A program made the translations under genes and the position numbers. 64,000 nucleotides of DNA, from NCBI GenBank assembly GCA_012744275.1, contig JAAYIE010000003.1, forward strand, positions 795 through 64,794, in the 5' to 3' direction. Positions 47,296 to 54,905 of the stretch are shown here, in pieces. The stretch comes from Desulfobulbaceae bacterium. GTDB lineage: Bacteria > Desulfobacterota > Desulfobulbia > Desulfobulbales > Desulfobulbaceae. The notes under the pieces were generated by a model, which was not told where the DNA came from, searched no databases, and saw nothing but the letters and a program-made list of their open reading frames with translations. Numbering within the stretch: the stretch's first letter is position 1; every line of letters starts with the position of its first letter.

Positions 47296-48366
47296 TTAAT
47301 CTATCCGCCACAGCAAAAGACTCTGTTCGCCACTCTTCTTGCGCTCCATAAACGCCGTTCCCACCCGCTGGTATTGATCGCGCCGGGCAGCCACCTGGAT
47401 GACAAAATACTGGCTCTTCACTGTAAGGAGCGGCATATTACCACCCAAATCAGCAGGCAAGCCCCGTACCTGGCGCAGCCAATCCGGCGAAGCCAGCGCC
47501 TCCCAGTTTTCGCGCTCACTGCGGAAGGCCTGCAAATCCTTGCCGTTTTCCTCGCTCATCTCCGGCAGCAGAGCCAGGAGCACGGGGAGGGGGGCGGTGT
47601 TTGGGTTCAGCATGCCATCGCTGCCAAGCACCGTAATGTAGGGCTCAATGCCTTCGTGCTCCCCATCGCCATAGAGGAGCGCCCTGGTCATGCCCCGCAC
47701 CAGAAGCAGTTCCTCCACAAAGCGGATGGGCGCATTGCGCGGGGCATAGGCTGGCTCCTGGGTCTGGTAATAGCCACCTTCCGCACCCAGGGGCCGTTCG
47801 TTGTGGTCTTTATCCACCCAATCGGCCAGGGCATCAAGGAGCGGATCAATCTCCTCCGGACTGATGGCAAAGCGGCCGGAGGCAAGAAAACGCCGCCATA
47901 CGCCACGGTAGCGCTGCAAGGCCTTGGCCTCACGCATGCCAGCGCTGCCTACTGCTCCAGAGCCCAGCCCTGGCAGCTCCTGCCTCGGCCCGGCCAGGGC
48001 ATTGACCTGCAAACGGCCGCCCATATCCGCCACCAGTACGGTCAATTGCGCCTCTTCTCCAGCCAAGGCCTGTATTTTAGCGGCATCCAGGGTGTTCCAT
48101 GGGTCAAAGAAGGAATCAAAATCATTGCTATACTGGTCAAACGCCAGGGCTGCCCGCGCCATGTGCAAGCCACCCTGCACCAGCGCATCCAGGCGCACCT
48201 CTTCCTGCTGCGCTACGGCCCCACTCCACTGCCTATCCACCCTGCTCATCAGTTGCAGTGTCAGGGCAACAAGGAAACTAATGCAGGCCAGGGTCAGCAC
48301 CAGGGCCATGCCGCGCTCCCCCCTGCCCGCCTGCGGCGGCAAAAACAGATTCACCAGCGAGCGCAT
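47296..48366 (-). CDS. gspK: T2SS minor pseudopilin GspK
   Basis: N-terminal ERGMALVLTLACISFLVALTL and the GspK core (DALADWVDKDHNERPLGAEGGYYQ...; LNPNTAPLPVLLALL). The ATG at 48366 overlaps the gspJ stop (ATGA); the track uses the TTG at 48375. Confidence 0.8.
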   Translation of the reverse strand: MRSLVNLFLPPQAGRGERGMALVLTLACISFLVALTLQLMSRVDRQWSGAVAQQEEVRLDALVQGGLHMARAALAFDQYSNDFDSFFDPWNTLDAAKIQALAGEEAQLTVLVADMGGRLQVNALAGPRQELPGLGSGAVGSAGMREAKALQRYRGVWRRFLASGRFAISPEEIDPLLDALADWVDKDHNERPLGAEGGYYQTQEPAYAPRNAPIRFVEELLLVRGMTRALLYGDGEHEGIEPYITVLGSDGMLNPNTAPLPVLLALLPEMSEENGKDLQAFRSERENWEALASPDWLRQVRGLPADLGGNMPLLTVKSQYFVIQVAARRDQYQRVGTAFMERKKSGEQSLLLWRID

Positions 48367-49091
48367 CAGGGCCAACCAGCCAGCCCCAGAAGGCTTGATG
48401 TGCGCTGCGGCCGGGCGCGGATCATTCCCGCCGGGATAAACACCGCTGTTTCATACACCTGACTGTGCCTCTTGTCCGCATCCAGCCAGAACTCAAGACG
48501 GATGCGCACTGCCGCAGGCAGGCTTACCTCCATCTCCCCGCCTGCGCCTGCAACAGCGCTGTAGCGCCAGGCCTCGCCCTGCTCGTTCAGGGCTTCAAAC
48601 TGCACTGCCCGCAGGCCATCGGCCAAGAGAAAAAAACTGTCCTCCACAGCCTCCTCATCGCTGGCTTGGCCCAGCAAAAGCGGCACATCCGTGCGCAAGA
48701 GCTTCAAACGCCTGGCATCCGCCTCCTGTTCAACCCGGTAGCTGATCAGAGCCGGGCCGCGGCACTGCGCCTGCGGATCAAGTACCAGGTGCGCGGTTGA
48801 GGCAAAGGTGAGGCTGTCGGCCTGTTCCTCATCCAGACGCTGGGCCTCGCCCTGACTGGCGCGGAAAGGCAGGGCCGGTTCCGCATAGGCGGCGGCCAAG
48901 TCTTCACTCAGGCGACGCAGGGCGGTCTGGGCCTGCAGATTGGTTTCATCCTGCTGGCCCAGGGCATCAACTACGCGCAGGGATGCACCCAGGGCAGTGG
49001 CCAGCATGGTCATCACCAGGGCCAGCAGGGTCATGGCAATCAGTAGTTCCAGCAGGGTAAACCCGCTCGCGTGCCCGTTCAACCCCTTCAC
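48366..49091 (-). CDS. gspJ: T2SS minor pseudopilin GspJ
   Basis: Prepilin N-terminus ...GHASG|FTLLELLIAMTLLALVMTML. The GTG at 49091 overlaps the gspI stop (GTGA). Confidence 0.7.
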   Translation of the reverse strand: MKGLNGHASGFTLLELLIAMTLLALVMTMLATALGASLRVVDALGQQDETNLQAQTALRRLSEDLAAAYAEPALPFRASQGEAQRLDEEQADSLTFASTAHLVLDPQAQCRGPALISYRVEQEADARRLKLLRTDVPLLLGQASDEEAVEDSFFLLADGLRAVQFEALNEQGEAWRYSAVAGAGGEMEVSLPAAVRIRLEFWLDADKRHSQVYETAVFIPAGMIRARPQRTSSLLGLAGWP

Positions 49092-49555
49092 AGTACAGCC
49101 TCTATTTTCCGCAGCAGCACCGTGCGCACGGTATAAACAAACGGCCTGCCAGAGTTGTCCCACAAGGTCAGCTCAACCAGCTTGAGCCAGCCGCTGCTCC
49201 CGGCCAGGCCGCTTTCTTCCGCAGTCAGCAGACGCACCTGGCTCGACCAGGCAATATCCGGATAGGCAGGCCCGAAATCGCCGCTGGCATCGGTCAGGTC
49301 AGCAAAGTTCTGCAAATTAAATTCCACCAGTTTCTTCTGGGCGAGCATGGCAGCCAAACTGTGAAAACGCGCCTCTGCGGCCCGGTCAATATTGTCCGCC
49401 TGCACCCCAAAAAGGATGATGCAGGTCAGGGCAATCAGACTGATGGCGATCAGCAGCTCAAACAGAGAAAAACCGGAGCTGCCCTGCCCGCGCAAGGGGC
49501 GTATGAGCCGCTGCCCGCGCCTAGCGGAACAGCCCTGCAGTTGCCAGATCAACAT
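49088..49555 (-). CDS. gspI: T2SS minor pseudopilin GspI
   Basis: Prepilin N-terminus ...GQGSSG|FSLFELLIAISLIALT. The start is uncertain: the ATG at 49555 gives a long leader and the TTG at 49495 gives an 8-aa leader. Confidence 0.72.
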   Translation of the reverse strand: MLIWQLQGCSARRGQRLIRPLRGQGSSGFSLFELLIAISLIALTCIILFGVQADNIDRAAEARFHSLAAMLAQKKLVEFNLQNFADLTDASGDFGPAYPDIAWSSQVRLLTAEESGLAGSSGWLKLVELTLWDNSGRPFVYTVRTVLLRKIEAVL

Positions 49556-50114
49556 GACCCTCAACCACTTCAATCCTGTCAAGAAAGGGCGATATGACCA
49601 GGGCAAGCTGGGCCCCATCCTCAGCCGCAAGCGTGATGAACGCTGGTTCTGTATAGCCCTTGCCACTGATGTACAGCCGCGGCGGCTCCTGCTGCCTGCG
49701 CTGGTCTCTATTTTTTGCACGTATGTCCACCAGCTGCACAGTTTGCAGCAGGTGCAGGCTGCGCACCCGCCCGGAGTTTTGAGCAGCCTGGCCAACCTGC
49801 TGTGCTGCTGCTGCAACCGGCTCTGCCACAAGAATATGCGCGTTCTCCTCATAGCGCAGCAGGTACATACGCTGTTCCTGGCGAGCCAGTTGGATAGCTT
49901 GCTGCACAAAACCTATGGTTTTGCGGGCGCTCGTGTGCAGGCTGTCTCCCTGCAAAAAAAACTGCAGTTTAGGCAGGGTAAGTGCGCCAGCAAAGGCGAT
50001 CAGCACCATCACCACCAGCAGTTCCAGCAGGGTAAAACCCGCTGCTCCGGCGTCAGGGCGCGATTCAGAGTACGTCACCACCCTATTGCAGTTCCCAGTT
50101 ATTGACATCCGCAT
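49521..50114 (-). CDS. gspH: T2SS minor pseudopilin GspH
   Basis: Prepilin N-terminus ...DAGAAG|FTLLELLVVMVLIAFAG. The start is uncertain: ATG at 50114 or 50108 inside the gspG 3' end, or GTG at 50081 just after the gspG stop. Confidence 0.7.
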   Translation of the reverse strand: MRMSITGNCNRVVTYSESRPDAGAAGFTLLELLVVMVLIAFAGALTLPKLQFFLQGDSLHTSARKTIGFVQQAIQLARQEQRMYLLRYEENAHILVAEPVAAAAQQVGQAAQNSGRVRSLHLLQTVQLVDIRAKNRDQRRQQEPPRLYISGKGYTEPAFITLAAEDGAQLALVISPFLDRIEVVEGHVDLATAGLFR

Positions 50115-50527
50115 CCTTGCCCTCACCACCAGCCTGATGATCCGCACCATAGGAGATCAGATCAAATTCATCATGCATACCAGGGCTGAGGTACACATAA
50201 TCGGCTCCCCATGGATCCTTGGGCACCCGGCCACGCTCCAGGTAGCCGCCCTGCCGCCATTTGCGGGCTGGCTTGCCCAGGGCGGGCGGCGTCACCAGGG
50301 CCTGCAAACCCTGTTCGGTAGTCGGGTATTGACCGTTGTCCAAGCGGTACAGCTTCAGGGCCTGCTCAATGGCACGAATCTGTACCTCTGCCTTGGTGCG
50401 GCGCGCTTCCTCGGGCCGATCCATAATGCGGGGCGTAATCAGGGCTGCGAGAACACCCAAAATCACCATAACCACCATCAGCTCAATCAGGGTGAAGCCC
50501 TGCTGTGTATTGGGGAAACGCCGCCAT
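50083..50527 (-). other. gspG: GspG major pseudopilin module (cleavage site ...NTQQG|FTLIELMVVMVILGVLAALITPRI...)
   Basis: Canonical GspG sequence (RRTKAEVQIRAIEQALKLYRLDNGQYPTTEQGL...DPWGADYVYLSPG...DLISYGADHQAGGEG). Its own candidate ATG (50527) is one frame off from this body. Confidence 0.88.
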
Positions 50528-53037
50528 ACAGGTGGCCTCCGTACTCTGTGCCGCAAACAATAGACCAGAACAGGCACCAGCATAACCACAGTAAAGACAG
50601 ACAGAGGGCCAAGGCTTAGCGCCAGCCAGCACAAGCCAACCAAAGGCAGGAGCACCAGGCGTGCCAGCCAACGCAGGGCGGCATGCTCGCTAATGCCCCG
50701 CGCCAGGGATGGGGAGAGATGATAATAGGTATCGATCATTATTTGCCCGAAGGCGTTGCTGCTCAACATGGTATCCCTGAATTGTCGCAAAATGGTGACT
50801 GCGGGGTGGTTAATGGTGCCATAGGCAGCGGTAGCGATAAAACAGGCATCCGCGGTTGTAAATTCATACGGGGGACCATAGTAGACCGCGCCATCTGCGG
50901 CAATCGCGTAGGCGCGCACATGGTAGAGCGTGCCTGGGCGCAAGTTGTCCAGTGATGCAGAAAAGCTACCGTACCCGGCGCCATTTGCCGAGGCGCCCCG
51001 TTCGATTGCCTGCTGCTTTAAAAGAGTTTGTCCCAAAAAACTTTGTTCAGCGTGGTCCATGACAGCAGACGCAGTAGTTGAAAACAGGACTCGCGCTTTG
51101 CCCTGAACCGTGTCTTTACCTTCGCGTACAGGATATGCAGAATGGACCACCTGCTCCAATTGTGCCGGTTGCACCGGAATCGATTGGAACTGTGTGCTAT
51201 CCTGGAACACCGGCAGGACAACGCTATCTCCATCATCTTCCTCAGACGGCACACTTGAAGGCAACACCGGGTTTGCCGCCGTACTGAAGACCACCCCGCG
51301 CTGCAAAACCGGGCCAGCCACATCAGGCAGGATTTCACCGCCACTGGCGGCACTGCTGCGGGTTATGCTATGAGGCGGCAGGGTGTGTACCGCACTACTG
51401 CTCATACCGCGCTGGTTGACAAAGGCATCGGTGTTATACACGCTTGCCGCTTCAAAGCGCGCCAGCGCCATGGAACTGCCCTGCCCACGCTCCACCGATC
51501 CCACCACCAGCACATTCCCGGCGGCATCCATGGCAGCGGCATAACCAACACCTTCACCATCACCGAAACTGATGATGCCGACCTTTGGCACTACAACGGG
51601 TGACGCTGTTTCTGTGGGGGCACTGTTGTTGAATACCGGCGGGGGGGGAGCGGCAAGTGCTGCCGGCATAATGAAACTCTCCAGCGCATGGCCAAAACGC
51701 TGCCAAAGCTGGGTAAATGGGGCAAAATGGTGCAGCTGTCCTCTGTCCGCAGTTACAGTAACAACAACTCCTCCGGCGTGGAAATCCGGAGCCTGCCGGG
51801 ACAATGGAGTATAGTTGGTTTCTGCCCGACGTGCCCGCACCGATTTCGGACGCTGTTTTGCCTCGGTGGACAACACCGGATATTTCTTACCGTCTTCCAG
51901 TTGCATCACGGGCAGGCGTAAACCCGGTGCGTCCAGGGAGCCATTTTCCGGCGCATAGGAAGCCAGGAGAAAACGACGCTGCCCGTTTTCGGTGGTAAAG
52001 CCGCTGGCAATAACGCCCCGTTTGTTCACCACCACATCATAGAGCACGTCATCGTCTGGGCTGACCGGGTTGATCACCACACCTGCCCTGCCGAAATCGG
52101 CGTCTGGCGTACCATCGGAAAAAAACCTGAACAGGGCGGTATCCCGTCGGCCAGACACACCTGTCGCGCCTGCCACATAGAGCAAGCCTTCGCTGTCAGC
52201 TGCCAAACGATAGCCTTCGCTTGCCAGCATGGTTCCTGCCGGCAGAGCCACCCCATCTCTACCGAATGAGCTATCCAAAAGCCCGTGGCTATCGAGGCCC
52301 ACCAACATGAGCGAAACCCGGGCTCCATGTCTGAAGGTGCCTGACAGCACCACGCCACCCTGATCCCGCAGAACAATGCCCTCAACCCGGGATTCGTCAC
52401 CAACGCCAATCAGGCTGACCCCGCGCTCACCAAAGGAGCTGTCCAACTCGCCATCCGAGGAGTAGCGCGCCGCCACGGCCACACTACCGCCTGTACCGGC
52501 GATATTGCCCGCCACCACGATCTTGTTATCCGCGGTAACGGCCAAAGCGCTGATCTCGTCATCGCCGCCACTTACCGGGGTGAGCGCGACGCCGTTGCGA
52601 CCGAAATTTTTATCTAGACTACCGTCGGGAAAATAACAGGCCAAGGCAAAATCACGGTTCTGCCCGTTCGAAGCATACCCGCCGGCGATAATGCGACCAT
52701 CAGTCAGAATGCCCAAGGCCATGGCTTCGTCATCACCAAGGGATATCGAGGTAATCAACGCACCTTCGCGGTTAAAGCCGGGGTCAAGACTGCCATCCGG
52801 GTTGAAACGCAGCAAGGAAAAATTATGGGCCTGACCTGGGCTTACCGAACCGGCCACCACGATCTTGCCGTCGGGTTGTATTATGATGGCGTTGGCACTG
52901 TTTTTCATGCCCAGTTCCACCGCAACCCGGCCATCTACGCCGAAGCCAGCATCCAGGTGGGGAGCGCCGTAAAGCTGAACAGCACCCACAAGTACACACA
53001 GCAGGATGCTTGAAAAATAGCGTATCACCTGAAACAT
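50083..53037 (-). CDS. Single 984-aa ORF: signal peptide + delta-60 repeat beta-propeller + FN3-like region + CFI-box-type C-terminal anchor, continuing in frame into a complete GspG major pseudopilin
   Basis: Uninterrupted reading frame in the sequence as given. See the separate entries for its GspG part and the out-of-frame SD/ATG. It may really be two genes separated by a 1-nt frameshift. Confidence 0.8.
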   Translation of the reverse strand: MFQVIRYFSSILLCVLVGAVQLYGAPHLDAGFGVDGRVAVELGMKNSANAIIIQPDGKIVVAGSVSPGQAHNFSLLRFNPDGSLDPGFNREGALITSISLGDDEAMALGILTDGRIIAGGYASNGQNRDFALACYFPDGSLDKNFGRNGVALTPVSGGDDEISALAVTADNKIVVAGNIAGTGGSVAVAARYSSDGELDSSFGERGVSLIGVGDESRVEGIVLRDQGGVVLSGTFRHGARVSLMLVGLDSHGLLDSSFGRDGVALPAGTMLASEGYRLAADSEGLLYVAGATGVSGRRDTALFRFFSDGTPDADFGRAGVVINPVSPDDDVLYDVVVNKRGVIASGFTTENGQRRFLLASYAPENGSLDAPGLRLPVMQLEDGKKYPVLSTEAKQRPKSVRARRAETNYTPLSRQAPDFHAGGVVVTVTADRGQLHHFAPFTQLWQRFGHALESFIMPAALAAPPPPVFNNSAPTETASPVVVPKVGIISFGDGEGVGYAAAMDAAGNVLVVGSVERGQGSSMALARFEAASVYNTDAFVNQRGMSSSAVHTLPPHSITRSSAASGGEILPDVAGPVLQRGVVFSTAANPVLPSSVPSEEDDGDSVVLPVFQDSTQFQSIPVQPAQLEQVVHSAYPVREGKDTVQGKARVLFSTTASAVMDHAEQSFLGQTLLKQQAIERGASANGAGYGSFSASLDNLRPGTLYHVRAYAIAADGAVYYGPPYEFTTADACFIATAAYGTINHPAVTILRQFRDTMLSSNAFGQIMIDTYYHLSPSLARGISEHAALRWLARLVLLPLVGLCWLALSLGPLSVFTVVMLVPVLVYCLRHRVRRPPVWRRFPNTQQGFTLIELMVVMVILGVLAALITPRIMDRPEEARRTKAEVQIRAIEQALKLYRLDNGQYPTTEQGLQALVTPPALGKPARKWRQGGYLERGRVPKDPWGADYVYLSPGMHDEFDLISYGADHQAGGEGKDADVNNWELQ
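50525..50540 (-). promoter_or_regulatory. Shine-Dalgarno GGAGG + 8 nt + ATG, positioned as a gspG start but out of frame with the pseudopilin body
   Basis: The minus strand reads cGGAGGccacctgtATGgcggcgtttCCCCaat. The ATG frame ends after 14 codons at the TGA at 50485-50483. Confidence 0.6.
51940..52960 (-). repeat. Six tandem ~55-60-aa delta-60-type repeats (coding repeats, beta-propeller-like)
   Basis: Recurrent pattern DGSLDxxFGxxGxxxxxxxxxDxxxAlxxxxDGkIvvaGxxxxxxxxdFaLxRxxx, seen six times (e.g. DGSLDPGFNREG, DGSLDKNFGRNG, DGELDSSFGERG, HGLLDSSFGRDG, DGTPDADFGRAG). Confidence 0.7.
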
Positions 53038-53111
53038 ATTTGGGAATAGATCACCTGCCTGCCAGGACGACGGGGCAGCTGAAACGATAAACTGCGGGCA
53101 GCACGCAGAAA

Positions 53112-54179
53112 CTAGCTCTTACCGAAGCTGCACACCGGATACTGGCAAACCTGACAGTTTCGGCAAAAACCACCATGACCGAGTTCAGCAAGTTCTGTCC
53201 TGCCGATTTGCTCGCCGACGAGGATGCGGGGCAGGATCAGATCAAAAACCGTAATGCCATGATACATACCGCAGGCTGGCAACCCTATTACGGGCACCTT
53301 ACCGATACGGCCCACCGCCAGCATAGCTCCCGGCAACACCGGGGTGCCGTAAACCAGCTGCTCCGCGCCGGCTAAAGCGATGCCCAAACGGGTGACATCG
53401 TCCGGATCAACCGACATGCCTCCAGAAGTAATAATCAGATCGGCACCGGCATCCAGACAGGCATGGATTTCAGCAGCAATCTGCTTGGGATCATCCGGTG
53501 CAAAACGCACCTGCATCACCGATGCACCCAAAGCGAGCAACTTTGCCCGCAGCACCTCTTCAAAACGATCTGCAATACAGCCTTTGTACACCTCATTACC
53601 GGTAATCACCAGCCCAGCCGCGGCCTGACGCATCGGCAATACTCGCAGGACTGCCTCACCGCTCTGCTGCGCCGCCGCTACGGCCTCTTCCACCAGAGTG
53701 CGACGAGTCACCAGGGGAATCAGCCGAGTGGCCCCCACCTGCTCGCCCCGGCGCACCGGGGTGTTGGTTTGCAGGGTTGCGCACATGACCTCACCCAGCA
53801 TATTGAAGCGCAGAAGCGCCTCCCGGTTGATTTTGAGTAAACCGTCTATGCTTGCCGTAAAGGCTATTTTCCCTTCGGACGGTTCCGAATCGTAGCTGAT
53901 ACCCTCTCCTGCCAGGGTGCAGGCAAAAATCTGGGCCGCCTCATTTTCGTGCACATCTTCCGGCCCGAGATTGAGCACATAAACATGTTCCTTGCCCAGT
54001 CGACGCAAAACAGCAATGTCTTCCGGGCGAATAATATGTCCCTTTTTAAAGGCGCGGCCCTTGCGCAAATCTTTTACAATCTCAGTAATATCATGCGGCA
54101 GCACCATACCCACCGCTTCTTCGATCGGCACGGTTGCCGCGCTGACCCGTCTGTTTGTGTGCTCTTCAACTGCCGGCAT
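53112..54179 (-). CDS. Molybdopterin-binding (MoCF_BD/MoeA-like) domain protein with C-terminal Cys cluster
   Basis: LIITSGGMSVDPDDVT motif of the MoaB/MogA/MoeA binding fold, and a C-terminal CRNCQVCQYPVC. Confidence 0.72.
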   Translation of the reverse strand: MPAVEEHTNRRVSAATVPIEEAVGMVLPHDITEIVKDLRKGRAFKKGHIIRPEDIAVLRRLGKEHVYVLNLGPEDVHENEAAQIFACTLAGEGISYDSEPSEGKIAFTASIDGLLKINREALLRFNMLGEVMCATLQTNTPVRRGEQVGATRLIPLVTRRTLVEEAVAAAQQSGEAVLRVLPMRQAAAGLVITGNEVYKGCIADRFEEVLRAKLLALGASVMQVRFAPDDPKQIAAEIHACLDAGADLIITSGGMSVDPDDVTRLGIALAGAEQLVYGTPVLPGAMLAVGRIGKVPVIGLPACGMYHGITVFDLILPRILVGEQIGRTELAELGHGGFCRNCQVCQYPVCSFGKS

Positions 54180-54547
54180 TACAAGTATTCTCCCAATCTA
54201 CTCACTACGTTTACAGAAAGTTTTCACAGATCGTCTGCCCTTTTTCACACCACAGCTATACCACATTTGCGCGCAAATACATTGCAAAATCATCGGACTG
54301 CAAGCGGGCAATGACTGCTGTCTACAAGCATCGGCGAGAAGGTATACCATAGTGAAAATATTGAAATTTTAGCCATCGCCTTCACCTTGACCAGACAATG
54401 AGCACTTTACTGTTTCGCCTGGCAAGGATAAAATGGGAGCATACAGTTAGTGCTGACACTTGCAGCTGGAATGAAATCTAACCACGGTCGGCAAGACCTA
54501 AAAAACACCGACCACCTTGACCATACCAATACAATAGAGATTACCTA

Positions 54548-54766
54548 ATGATAGCACCTGAACTCATAGACATTCTCGCCTGTCCCACCTGTAAGGGGGC
54601 GGTGGAACAGGACAAAAACGCCCGCGCCCTGCTGTGCCGCAGCTGCGGGCTTGCCTTCCCCGTTCGCAGCCACGCCGGCAAAGCGCTGCCGGTGATGCTG
54701 GTGGAAGAGGCAGACGTCATACCAGACAGTTTAGGCAGTACAGCCGTGGCATCATCTGTAGACTGA
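54548..54766 (+). CDS. Trm112/YcaR (UPF0434) family zinc-ribbon protein
   Basis: 72 aa, LIDILACPTCKG...LLCRSCGLAFPV. Confidence 0.8.
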   Translation: MIAPELIDILACPTCKGAVEQDKNARALLCRSCGLAFPVRSHAGKALPVMLVEEADVIPDSLGSTAVASSVD

Positions 54767-54905
54767 TCTCGGTACCTGCTGATACATAACTACGGCGCTT
54801 GCTGTTCTGTTCTTGGCAACCGAGCCTGGTTTTGCCCCACCTAGCCTGACCCTGTATTGAGCGGCCTTTTCGCTTCGGGCCGCTATCACGAATCAAGGAG
54901 CTGAT

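Noticed and set aside
50483-50671. 62-aa minus-strand ORF from the track (…MAAFPQYTAGLHPD*).
   Set aside because: It is not a gene in itself. It is an alternative frame of the surface-protein gene, and its last 14 codons happen to contain the stranded gspG SD/ATG (see findings).
54180-54400. Moco riboswitch expected upstream of the molybdopterin-binding protein gene.
   Set aside because: I could not find the conserved Moco-motif helices or sequence blocks by eye on the minus strand. An Infernal scan would be needed to settle it.
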